Positions 51,394 to 61,069 of a DNA stretch of 64,000 nt are shown here, piece by piece. The translations under genes were made by a program, and so were the position numbers. Source of the DNA: Waterburya sp. (GTDB lineage: Bacteria; Cyanobacteriota; Cyanobacteriia; Cyanobacteriales; Xenococcaceae); contig CBDCJV010000002.1 in assembly GCA_965217895.1 (NCBI GenBank), positions 2,016,001 to 2,080,000 of the forward strand, read 5' to 3'. The first letter of the stretch is position 1. Every line of letters begins with the position of its first letter. Below the pieces are notes generated by a model, which was not told the origin of the DNA, ran no database searches, and worked only from the letters and a program-made list of their open reading frames with translations.

Positions 51394-53190
51394 ATGAATT
51401 CTCTTACCACTCAGACATTAGAATACGACGTTGCCATTATGGGGGCGGGATTTGCTGGTGTTTGCCAAGCCCGACATCTGCTGCTAAATATTCCTAATAT
51501 TCGAGTGGCGATAATTGACCCTCGCCCCATGCTGCGATCGCAGAAAGATTTAAAACTCGGTGAATCGTTAATTGAAGTCGCTGCTCTTTTTCTAGCTAAA
51601 GAATTAGGACTTAATGATTATCTAATCGAAAACCACACGCCCAAATCTGGGTTAAACTTTCACTGGCCCAAACAAAGCGATCGCACCGAAACTCTCGATG
51701 ACTACTATCACGTTTGGGCAAATCGACAGACCCCCATTGCTTCATACCACTTACACCGAGCTAAATTCGAGCAGGATCTGCTCAAAATGAACGCAGACAT
51801 GGGAGCAATTTTTTATCACGGTCGCGTTACCGATGTAGATCTAACCGAGGGAGACGCGCTTAAAAATATTGAAGTTAAACAAGGCAAAGAAACTTTAAAC
51901 ATCAAAGCCAAGCACGTTATCGATGCTGCTGGTCGTCGATTTCTCATCGGACAGAAAACCGATAATCTATTGTTTGGTGCCGAAAATCTCCTTGGAGTTA
52001 ATAACGGTTCTGCTTGGCTGCGAGTTAAAAACGTTGATCGCCAGATCTTTGATGAGGGATACGATCCTACGGGAACAACGAGCAGCCGTTACTATGCTAC
52101 CAATCACTATTTTGGTTCGGGACATTGGCTGTGGATGATTCCTATCGATAAACATTCCAACGAGCTATCAATTGGGGTGGTTCACCATCACAATGTTATT
52201 GCAGCTAAAGAAATTAATACCCAAGAGAAATTTTTTGGGTTTCTCGAAGCAAATCACAAGCTTTTGGCACGTCTGATTGATAGTGGTGAAATTGTTGATT
52301 TTCACTATTGGTCGAAGCTAGCTTATAAAAGTAAAACTCTGTTTTCCCCAGATAATTGGTATGTCCTGGGGGATGCAGCGCAAATCTTTGATGGTTTCTA
52401 TTCCTATGGAACGACGATGATTGCTTTTGCGGTAGAAAGCACCACAGAAATTATTCGCGCCAAGCTAGCGGGAGAGGCTGATGCTGAAATCAAGCGATCG
52501 GCATACAATGACTTTAATCTTGCTTACGGTCGCAGCGTTAACTGTCTCTATCGAGGTCATGATAAACAATTAGGTCATGCCAGCGTTATGAGTTGGCGTA
52601 TTTACTTTGAGTATATGTGGTGGTTTGGGGTACATATACCAATGTATATCGGTAAATGGCATCTCAACCTGAAGTTTGTTGACAAATACGTAGACATTGC
52701 TAATGCCAACGTCGATGGGCTTTTTGCCGATCTTTCTCAGCAATTTGATCGCTTAGTAGAACAAAGAGCGAATATCGGCTTGATGGATCCTTACCGAGCC
52801 GATCGCCTGTTTGGATATAGCACATTACAGCACTTTGATGACTTTTTAGAAAATACTAAATTCGAGCCAATGCGGTGTAATGTTTTCGCCAGCATGAAAA
52901 ATGCTTATTTTTACATCGCGCTGTGGTATGTACTGTTTCAGTGGAAAGGGTTTGGTATTGCTGGGTTAATCAATCCCCGTCATCTATATCACTTCGGTCG
53001 TTTGTTAGCACTATCGGTTAAAGCAGTTATCGGTGAAATAATTTATAAATTCAAAACCAGAGGTTTGCCCGACAATAGCCAAGTCGAACAGATTCGTCAA
53101 GAGTTTGAGAGTTACCGATACCGACCACAGCAGTTGATGCCAACAAAAGCGGTGCAACAGGAGCAGGAGGAGTTTGCCAAACAGCGATAA
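51394..53190 (+). CDS. Flavin-dependent halogenase-like protein 2 (paralog of 1)
   Basis: GAGFAG, KLGES, PKSG, WLWMIP and GDAA motifs; colinear with the preceding gene. Confidence 0.78.
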   Translation: MNSLTTQTLEYDVAIMGAGFAGVCQARHLLLNIPNIRVAIIDPRPMLRSQKDLKLGESLIEVAALFLAKELGLNDYLIENHTPKSGLNFHWPKQSDRTETLDDYYHVWANRQTPIASYHLHRAKFEQDLLKMNADMGAIFYHGRVTDVDLTEGDALKNIEVKQGKETLNIKAKHVIDAAGRRFLIGQKTDNLLFGAENLLGVNNGSAWLRVKNVDRQIFDEGYDPTGTTSSRYYATNHYFGSGHWLWMIPIDKHSNELSIGVVHHHNVIAAKEINTQEKFFGFLEANHKLLARLIDSGEIVDFHYWSKLAYKSKTLFSPDNWYVLGDAAQIFDGFYSYGTTMIAFAVESTTEIIRAKLAGEADAEIKRSAYNDFNLAYGRSVNCLYRGHDKQLGHASVMSWRIYFEYMWWFGVHIPMYIGKWHLNLKFVDKYVDIANANVDGLFADLSQQFDRLVEQRANIGLMDPYRADRLFGYSTLQHFDDFLENTKFEPMRCNVFASMKNAYFYIALWYVLFQWKGFGIAGLINPRHLYHFGRLLALSVKAVIGEIIYKFKTRGLPDNSQVEQIRQEFESYRYRPQQLMPTKAVQQEQEEFAKQR

Positions 53191-53236
53191 CCATTTAGAT
53201 CTGCTGTCAATTTTAATAACTTAAATTTAAATAGAT

Positions 53237-54253
53237 ATGTTATTGGAATTAGCTAAATATATACTCGCAGGTGCGATCGCCTTGCTTTTATTCTTGATAG
53301 TGATAGGAAGGGTCTACCAAGCCACTGCTACTGCAAGAGATTGCTCCAAATATCCGCCTCCAGGTAAGCTAATATATATCGGCGGGTATAAACTTCACCT
53401 TGATTGTCAGGGAGAAGGCGAGATTACCGTAGTTATGGATTATGGTTTGGGGGGCTTATCTTCCCTTTGGAGTCTGGTACAGTCAAAAGTAGCAAAATTT
53501 ACTCAGGTCTGTACCTATGACCGTGCTGGTTATGGTTGGAGCGATCGCAGTCCTTATCCTCGTACGAGTCAGCAGCTAGTTCGAGAACTGCATTTATTGT
53601 TAACTAAAGCCGAAATTAAACCTCCCTACATCTTGGTGGGTCATTCTTTAGGAGGCTTGAATATGCGTTTATTCGCCAGTCAATATCCCGATGAAGTTAG
53701 AGCAATAGTATTGGTAGATGCCGTACCCGCTAATATTTATTCTCGCTTAAATCCTCAGTTTCAGAAATATATGGCCAAAACCAACCAGATGTTTTTTTGG
53801 TTGTCTATTCTGTCGCGATTTGGTTTGTTGCGCTTGGGAACTCAACTGCTAGGGAATAAAGTCGCTCCAGATTTTGTCCGTAAGCTACCTGCTGAAATTC
53901 AACCAATAGTTCTGGCTCAGTTTTGCCCTAAGACTTTTAATACAGCGATCGCCGAAAGTCTGTTAATGGAAGATAGTGCCAAGCAAGTTAGCCAGACAAA
54001 ATTACCAGAAGATTTGCCCTTAATATTGCTATCTCACGGAATCAATATGTTTTCTAACCTTTCAGTTTCAGAAGCAGAAAAAGCTGGGTCGGTTTGGCAG
54101 AAACTGCAAGCAGAAACGGCATTGACTTCAAAAGGTATGTTAAACCAGGCTCAAACAAGCGGTCATGATATTCATATCGATTGCCCTCAGCTAGTAATAG
54201 ATGGGATTCGTCAAGCGATTTTATTGTCCGAAGGGCGATCGCGCGATCAATAA
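53237..54253 (+). CDS. Membrane-anchored alpha/beta hydrolase
   Basis: N-terminal TM, YDRAGYGWS, GHSLG nucleophile elbow and SGHDIH. Confidence 0.9.
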   Translation: MLLELAKYILAGAIALLLFLIVIGRVYQATATARDCSKYPPPGKLIYIGGYKLHLDCQGEGEITVVMDYGLGGLSSLWSLVQSKVAKFTQVCTYDRAGYGWSDRSPYPRTSQQLVRELHLLLTKAEIKPPYILVGHSLGGLNMRLFASQYPDEVRAIVLVDAVPANIYSRLNPQFQKYMAKTNQMFFWLSILSRFGLLRLGTQLLGNKVAPDFVRKLPAEIQPIVLAQFCPKTFNTAIAESLLMEDSAKQVSQTKLPEDLPLILLSHGINMFSNLSVSEAEKAGSVWQKLQAETALTSKGMLNQAQTSGHDIHIDCPQLVIDGIRQAILLSEGRSRDQ

Positions 54254-54326
54254 GATAAAAGCTCGAAAAAATATTTAAATTAATAGAAAAGAGTAGACAC
54301 AATTTAGTCAACCCAAAATACTATTT

Positions 54327-56339
54327 ATGATTCGCATTCTGCTAGTAGACGATTGCAACATGATACGGCAAGGACTTCAAGCATTGCTCGAACTCAGAGC
54401 GAAACTAAAAGTAGTGGGTACTGCCGAAGATGGTCACAGCGTAATAGAACAGGTAAAGAATCTCCAACCTGATATTGTGTTGATGGATATCGAGATGCCA
54501 GGAATGAGTGGCATAACTGCCACCGAAAAAATTTGTCAGCAATTTCCCCAGACAAAAGTTATCGTTCTCAGCAGCCACGAAGAGCAAGAATATGTTATTC
54601 AAGCTTTAAAAGCGGGAGCAGAAGGCTATTTACTAAAAAATGCTCATGCTGATGATCTAGAACAGGCAATTTTCGCAGTATATCGAGGTCAGTGCCAGAT
54701 AGAGTCAAAATTATTTAAAGAAGTATTCGCCAAATCTTCTATTTTGCGATCTCTTGAATCATCAGAACTAAACACATCTACTTCGATAGGCGAGCGATCG
54801 CCTGAGTTAGAAAGGGATCTCAACCAGGCGTTTAATTATACGGAGAACAGTAAAAATGGCTCATCGTCAAAGATTAGCAAGACGATTCCAAAACTAGTAA
54901 ATGAACGATCGTCATCTGAGATTGACGAAGTAAACGCTAGCTCTGCTTCAAAACGAGATACTGTTTATCAGCCATTAGCTTGGGGTTTAGAAACATCGGC
55001 GTTAAACTCTGACTCGATTGAGGAAAAACCAAAATTGCAGCCTAAAAAAACCATATTTTTCCAGTATTTGTGGTGGTGGATTATCGGCTTAGGGGTCTTT
55101 TCCATCTTATTGATTGCTATAATTACTTTTGTTTATTTACGAGCTAGCAAAAATTCTCCTCAACCAGTTGTAGAAACTCGCGTCGTACCCCAAGCAGTTT
55201 CAGCAATTGGTTATTTAGAACCACAAGGAGAAGCAATTAAACTATCTGCACCTGCTTTTTTGGAAGGGGCGCGTATCGAGCAGTTGCTGGTCAAACGAGG
55301 AGAAAAGGTTAAAACTGGGCAAGTAGTAGCAATTTTAGATAATCGCGATCGCTTACAGGCTGCTCTCCAACAAGCACAAGCAGAAGTAAAAACGGCTCAA
55401 GCTCGTCTGGCACAAGTCAAAGCAGGAGCCAAACAAGGAGAAATCCAATCGCAAAACGCTAAACTTCAAGAGACAAAAGCCGAATTAGCTGGGCAAATTG
55501 CTACCCAAACCGCCAACATTGCTAATTTAAAAGCTCAACTTGAAGGACAAACTAATTCTCAACGGGCAACTATTGCCAGATTAAAGGCTGAATTAAACAA
55601 CGCGACTAAAGAATGTCAGCGATACGAATTTCTCTTAGCCGATGGTGCGATCGCTGCTTCCAAACGCGATCGGATCTGCTTGCAGCAAGAAACTACTCAA
55701 AAACAACTCCAAGCTGCAAATGTAAATTTAATTGAAACTAAAGCGACCCTACAACAACAAATCGGTGAAGCCCAAGCTAATTTGAAACGTACTAAAGCAA
55801 CTTTAGCTAACCAAATTAATGAAGCCGAAGCTAGTTTTAAAGCCGTAGCCGAAGTCCGCCCTGTAGATGTAGCCGTCGCTCAATCCGAATTAGCAACTGC
55901 GATCGCTGCTGTTAAAAAGGGACAAGCAGACTTAGATTTAGCCTCTGTAAAATCGCCAATAAACGGTCAGATCTTAGAGATTAATACTTGGCCAGGAGAA
56001 TTTGTTGACAATGCCAAAGGTATAGTGGTGATGGGCGATACCCAGAATATGTACGTAGTCGCAGAAGTCTACGAAACCGATATAGATCGCGTTCACATCG
56101 GTCAAAGCGCAACCATTACTAGCGATGGAATTACTCAAAAACTAGCTGGAACTGTCGATGATGTTGGTTGGCAAATTGGCACTAAAGACGTTCTTGGTAC
56201 TGATCCTGTAGCAGATACAGACGCTAGAGTTGTCAAAGTCAAAATTCGCTTAAACGCCAAATCTAGCCAGCGAGTAAAGCATTTAACTAACCTAGAAGTT
56301 AACGCCATTATCAATACATCCAAACAGATTCAAAAATAG
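54327..56339 (+). CDS. Receiver domain fused to a DevB/HlyD-family membrane fusion protein
   Basis: IRILLVDD/LMDIEMP/YLLK receiver; TM; AIGYLEPQG, coiled coil, VAEVYETD and DARVVKVKIRL DevB motifs. Confidence 0.88.
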   Translation: MIRILLVDDCNMIRQGLQALLELRAKLKVVGTAEDGHSVIEQVKNLQPDIVLMDIEMPGMSGITATEKICQQFPQTKVIVLSSHEEQEYVIQALKAGAEGYLLKNAHADDLEQAIFAVYRGQCQIESKLFKEVFAKSSILRSLESSELNTSTSIGERSPELERDLNQAFNYTENSKNGSSSKISKTIPKLVNERSSSEIDEVNASSASKRDTVYQPLAWGLETSALNSDSIEEKPKLQPKKTIFFQYLWWWIIGLGVFSILLIAIITFVYLRASKNSPQPVVETRVVPQAVSAIGYLEPQGEAIKLSAPAFLEGARIEQLLVKRGEKVKTGQVVAILDNRDRLQAALQQAQAEVKTAQARLAQVKAGAKQGEIQSQNAKLQETKAELAGQIATQTANIANLKAQLEGQTNSQRATIARLKAELNNATKECQRYEFLLADGAIAASKRDRICLQQETTQKQLQAANVNLIETKATLQQQIGEAQANLKRTKATLANQINEAEASFKAVAEVRPVDVAVAQSELATAIAAVKKGQADLDLASVKSPINGQILEINTWPGEFVDNAKGIVVMGDTQNMYVVAEVYETDIDRVHIGQSATITSDGITQKLAGTVDDVGWQIGTKDVLGTDPVADTDARVVKVKIRLNAKSSQRVKHLTNLEVNAIINTSKQIQK

Positions 56340-56351
56340 GGGATTAAATTA

Positions 56352-57524
56352 ATGTTCGATCGCTTGTTTACTGCTTGGCTACAGCTAAAATATCAAAAAA
56401 TTCGGTTTTTAATTGCACTTTCGGGGGTAATTTTTGCCGTTGTCATTGTTTTTATGCAATTGGGTATTCGCGATGCCTTATTTAACAGTGCGGTTCGTTT
56501 TCACCAAGGTTTACAAGGAGACTGCTTTATTATTAGTCCTCGCTCGACATCTTTAATCGCCATGGAAAGTTTTTCTCAACGCCGTTTGGTGCAAGCCTTA
56601 GCTTTTGAAGAAGTAGAATTTGTTAATCCGATTTATCTTGATTTTGTCCAGTGGAAAAATCCCGAATCTAGAAAATACTGGCGTAATATTTTTGTAATAG
56701 GTTTCGATCTTCGACACCAAACTTTCGACTTACCTGGAGTTAAAGCAAGTCTCAATCAACTTCAACTTCCAGATACTATTTTATTTGATCGCACTTCGAG
56801 AACTGAATTTGGACCAGTAGCCGAACAATTTGAGGAAAAAGGTTCGGTGATTACCGAACTGGGAAGTAATAGCGGTTCTAATTGTCGAGTTAAAGTAGTA
56901 GGATTATTTGAGTTAGGAACTTCTTTTGGTTCTGATGGCAACATTATTACCAGCGACGTTAACTTTTTGCGGATCTCAAATACTCGTCAAAAAGGCTTTA
57001 TTGATGTTGGTTTAATTAAATTAAAATCGGCTGTCAATCCAGAACTTTTTAAAACTAAGCTGCAAAAATATTTAGCCCAAGATGTCAGAATTTTTACCAA
57101 ACAGGGATTTATTAACTTTGAAAAAAGCTATTGGCAAAGCAGCACTGCCATTGGCTTTATTTTTAATTTGGGTGTCGCTTTGGGCCTAATCGTCGGCATT
57201 GTCGTGGTTTATCAAATACTTTATACCAACATTTCCGACCACTTGCAGGAATACGCCACTTTAAAAGCGATCGGTTACAGTCGAAGATATATGTTAAATA
57301 TAGTTTTTCAACAAGCTTTAATTATCGGAATTTTGGGTTATATTCCAGGATTATTAATTACTATTATTCAATATGAGTTTACCAAACAGGCAACTTTGCT
57401 ACCAATTGAGATGACTTGGCAAAGAGCGGCGTATGTCTTGGTAGCAACCATAATTATGTGTTCGATCTCTGGGGTTTCGGCGATGAATAAGCTGAAGTCT
57501 GCCAACCCTGCCGATATCTTTTAA
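56352..57524 (+). CDS. devC: DevC-family ABC exporter permease
   Basis: AWLQL, FMQLG, YQILY..ISDHL.EYATLKAIG and PADIF motifs. Confidence 0.9.
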   Translation: MFDRLFTAWLQLKYQKIRFLIALSGVIFAVVIVFMQLGIRDALFNSAVRFHQGLQGDCFIISPRSTSLIAMESFSQRRLVQALAFEEVEFVNPIYLDFVQWKNPESRKYWRNIFVIGFDLRHQTFDLPGVKASLNQLQLPDTILFDRTSRTEFGPVAEQFEEKGSVITELGSNSGSNCRVKVVGLFELGTSFGSDGNIITSDVNFLRISNTRQKGFIDVGLIKLKSAVNPELFKTKLQKYLAQDVRIFTKQGFINFEKSYWQSSTAIGFIFNLGVALGLIVGIVVVYQILYTNISDHLQEYATLKAIGYSRRYMLNIVFQQALIIGILGYIPGLLITIIQYEFTKQATLLPIEMTWQRAAYVLVATIIMCSISGVSAMNKLKSANPADIF

Positions 57525-57535
57525 TCTTTTTAGCG

Positions 57536-58219
57536 ATGAACCCAATTGTGATCCGCAATTTAAATCATTATTTTGGCGAACAAGCTTTAGTCAAACAAAC
57601 CTTATTTGACATCAATATAGAAATCAAAGCGGGTGAGATTATAATCCTAACTGGTCCTTCAGGATCTGGTAAAACTACCTTGCTAACTTTAATCGGTGGA
57701 CTGCGATCGGTTCAATCTGGCAGCTTGCTAACTTTAAATCGAGAATTATGCGGGGCAAGTGAAGCCGACTTAGTCCAACTCAGACGCAAAATTGGCTATA
57801 TCTTTCAGGCACACAATTTATTACCCTTTATGACCGCACAACAAAACGTGCAGATGTCTTTAGAACTAGATAATAATTTAAGTAGTCGTCAAGCTGCTGT
57901 AAAAGCCATGGAAATGCTGGCAGCAGTAGGCTTAGAAGCAAGAGCTAAATACTATCCCCAAAAACTTTCAGGGGGACAAAAACAACGGGTGGCGATCGCC
58001 AGAGCTTTAGCCAGCAATCCTGAGTTAGTTTTAGCCGATGAACCAACTGCTGCTTTAGATAGTAAAACAGGTCGAGAAGTTGTCAATATAATGCGTCGCT
58101 TGGTCAAAGAAAAAAACTCGACGATCCTTTTAGTAACTCATGACAATCGTATTTTAGACACAGCCGATCAAGTTATCCATCTAGAGGATGGTCGCTCGAT
58201 CGGGATAAGTGGTAACTAA
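57536..58219 (+). CDS. devA: DevA-family ABC exporter ATPase
   Basis: LNHYFG, GPSGSGKTT, GYIFQAHNL and LSGGQKQRVAIARA motifs. Confidence 0.92.
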   Translation: MNPIVIRNLNHYFGEQALVKQTLFDINIEIKAGEIIILTGPSGSGKTTLLTLIGGLRSVQSGSLLTLNRELCGASEADLVQLRRKIGYIFQAHNLLPFMTAQQNVQMSLELDNNLSSRQAAVKAMEMLAAVGLEARAKYYPQKLSGGQKQRVAIARALASNPELVLADEPTAALDSKTGREVVNIMRRLVKEKNSTILLVTHDNRILDTADQVIHLEDGRSIGISGN

Positions 58220-58326
58220 CCTATCCTACTAATATAATAGTAGTGGGGGTTTGAGTAGCAACTGATACTGAGCCACGAACTTAACATTTAGACGAAAGGC
58301 GATCGCCAGCAAAAATAGCCAAAGTT

Positions 58327-58866
58327 AATCAGGAGCTAACTTAGCAAAAGAAGATACGCGAGTTTTTGCAAAAGGGATACCCTCAAACCACGCAAACAGA
58401 CGAACCGCATTCATCGCAGCCACTGTAAGTATGTATTGTAAATGAACTTTATCCAATTGATTCGACATTATGTTGTTGCTTACTCTTAACTAATAAAGTG
58501 CCATCTACATAACCCGCATCAATCAAATGCTCAGATGGTAATAATTCTTTGTCAGCTAAAGATTGATGAATTGATTCAGTTTGGTCTACATCACTTAAGT
58601 GGGCTTGTATTGTTTGAACATTGGTAATTAAATGAACTTGCCTTTTCTCACAAGTTTCAGTTAGATGTACCTTTCAAGGCTAAACTGCCAGGACGCAGGA
58701 CTGGCTGACCTTCAGATGAATAAAGTTCGGCAAAATCTTCATCATCGTAAAATGTTCCCAATTTATCTCTCAGGCTTATATAAAGATTCCCTTTGGGAAA
58801 AGCTTGGTGGGCTATTTCTTTAGTGAGAGATGGGATGGGTTTGATTGATTTACGATGTAGAACCAT
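58327..58866 (-). pseudogene. IS1182-family transposase remnant with internal deletions
   Basis: AFPKGNLY..LRDKLG..DEDFAELY..GQP (N-term), HLITNVQT...HLIDAGYVD (middle), HLQ..LT.AAMN..RL..W (C-term). Confidence 0.75.
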
Positions 58867-58983
58867 AATTAATGACTCTCCCAGAACTTTTTTAATTACC
58901 TATAAGCTCAATTTAGGTCATTTTGTGAAACTAAATTATTAAAGATTGCGACCGCTTTTCGTCTAAATGTTAAGTTCGTCAGC

Positions 58984-59782
58984 CTGTGGGGGCGACACAA
59001 GAGGGATAAAAGCAAGCCAGGAGTGAGATTGAGAAAAGTAGTCTCCCAAAAGATGAGAGACTATTATCAATAATCTTTTTTGTTGAAAACGGAATGATTC
59101 TGTCTTGGTCAGCGTTCCCTTGCGTCTTACGCCGACGCGGGGTCTGACCGCAACTACCCGAATTATATAGCAAACATCTCAAAAAACAATTTAGTTGTTC
59201 TCAGTATCTAATCTTCGTAATCCTAATCAACTTACTTCAAGATTTACACACAGTCCGATTAGAAGAATTAGCCCGTCGTTTTCCTATATCCATTCAATTA
59301 AGAAGCAGAGTCAAGAAAATACAACGATTTTTATCTCTTCCTCTATTTAATATTCAAAATCTTTGGTTTCCCATTTTAGAAACTTGGCTAAAAACAGAGT
59401 GGCAAGGCAAGCAAACAATTTATTTAGCCATTGATCGTAGTCAGTGGAGAACTATAAATTTACTGATGGTTAGTATGATTTATAATAATCGAGCGATTCC
59501 AGTATATTTTTTTCTCTTACCTAAGAAGGGAAATAGTAACTTAGCACAGCAAAAACAAGTTTTAGAACCAACACTAAAACTGTTACAAGACTATCAAATT
59601 GTTGTGCTAGGAGATCGAGAATTTTGCGGAGTAGAGTTAGCTCGATGGCTTTCAGATTTTTCCAAGATGTCGTTCAAGAATTGATCCGTTTTTCAACTGC
59701 CAAACACGATTATTATCGAAAAGGTATGAGGGCTAAAGCCTTGATTCAGCAAGCTTTCTGATTCGTTCTGTTGCCCCTACAG
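58984..59782 (+). mobile_element. IS4-family element, internally deleted
   Basis: Terminal IRs CTGTGGGGGCGACA / TGTTGCCCCTACAG; transposase fragments LPELY...YLAIDRSQW...LGDREFCG and C-terminal YYRKGMRA. Confidence 0.8.
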
Positions 59783-60458
59783 GGCTAATTTATCAACCTT
59801 TTCTTCGAGTTTAAGATTAGAACTATTGACTATGGTTTTTACTTTTTTACGAAATTTCAAGAAATTCTCCTTAGATGGAGTGCTTCTGAATTTGCCGTTG
59901 CTTTGAACCTTGAAGTTCCAGCCTAAAAAGTCAAATCCATCTGTCGAGGCTGTTAGCTTTGTTTTCTTCTCGCTTATTTCCATTCCTCTTTCGGCTAAAA
60001 ATTCTTTTACTTTGTTTAATAACTCTTTAGCATTGTCTTTGGATTTTAAGAAGAAAATCATATCATCTGCATATCTAACGCATATTGATTGCATTTTTCT
60101 TTTGGCTTTGATTTCGCCTATTCTTTCAATACCGTTTAATGCTATGTTGACAAGTAATGGGCTAACCACCCCGCCTTGAGGAGTTCCTTGTTCTGGAAAT
60201 TGAACGTTTGTCCCCGCTTTAAGACATCTGAAAATGCCTAGACTTAAGTTTCGGGGGCAGAGAAGTTCGTCCATTATGGCTTTGTGGCTAATCCTATCGA
60301 AGCATTTGCTGATATCAAGTTCTAGGACTCTTTTATCCATTCCTTTTACTCGGCTGTTTAGATTTTGAAAGATTATCTTTTGGGCATCGTGACACCATCT
60401 AGCTGGTCTGAATCCGTAGCTTTGGGCATGAAATGTAGCTTCATGTGCTGGTTCTAGA
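59783..60458 (-). pseudogene. Group II intron reverse transcriptase core, truncated at both ends by IS sequences
   Basis: SYGFRP, ELDISKCFD, GTPQGGVVSPLL.N, RYADD and GFDFLG motifs. Confidence 0.88.
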
Positions 60459-60645
60459 GTTGGCGCGAACAAAACCAATAAACTGAGTCTCCCCTGGAAA
60501 TGGTAGATAATCCATCATTAGAGCCAGATAGAGCCAGAGTCATAATTTCGCTGTCACTCATTTCTGGCTTTACCCCAGGACATTTACGCTCGCTTGATTT
60601 CTCTAGCTGATACCAATCGTCTACAAGAACGAAAACTATCACTCT
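60459..60645 (-). pseudogene. IS982-family transposase 5' fragment
   Basis: IVFVLVDDWYQ...G.KP.MSDSEIMTLAL and frameshifted ETQFIGFVRAN. Confidence 0.72.
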
Positions 60646-60744
60646 TTTGGCTTTCAAAGTCTATGCTATTCATGAGGAAAGATATTTAGATGGGCAGCTT
60701 GATAACTTTCATCTTCTGTCTTTTCCTCACTTTTTCCTAATTCA

Positions 60745-60936
60745 CACTAGACGTACAATATTGAAAATTTTATTATTTGTAACAGTGCTTGATACTCCAT
60801 TAATATCTATTTCTTTGGCAATCTCTAGTACGCGATCGGCGATCGCGATTGGTACTTTTATTGTTTTTGTTTTCCCAGACTTCCACTTTGGCTAATATTT
60901 AACCAAAGAAGATTCATTACCTTTTTTATTAGCCAT
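60745..60936 (-). pseudogene. Small plasmid/mobile-element-type DNA-binding protein gene with an in-frame stop
   Basis: MANKKGNESSLVKY*PKWKSGKTKTIKVPIAIADRVLEIAKEID; the ribbon-helix-like T.TI.VP..IAD..L..A segment is recalled from small cyanobacterial plasmid proteins. Confidence 0.5.
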
Positions 60937-61069
60937 GATTCACTTGATACACTGTACTAACCATAACAAATTTCCATATTTAAATAACTTGTGTCAAGTG
61001 ATTAACTAATAATCGCGGTCTTTATTTTGTACAGTTAGTTTGTGTTGTAGGTTTATCTTTTTTGCTCAT

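Noticed and set aside
58955..58979. XerC/D dif-like site
   Set aside because: Arm-like sequences are present but lack the required 6-bp spacer
59777..60478. RT as a retron, DGR or defence RT
   Set aside because: Motifs match a group II intron RT, a sister fragment at 15.2 kb is attached to DV/DVI, and both ends are cut by IS sequence
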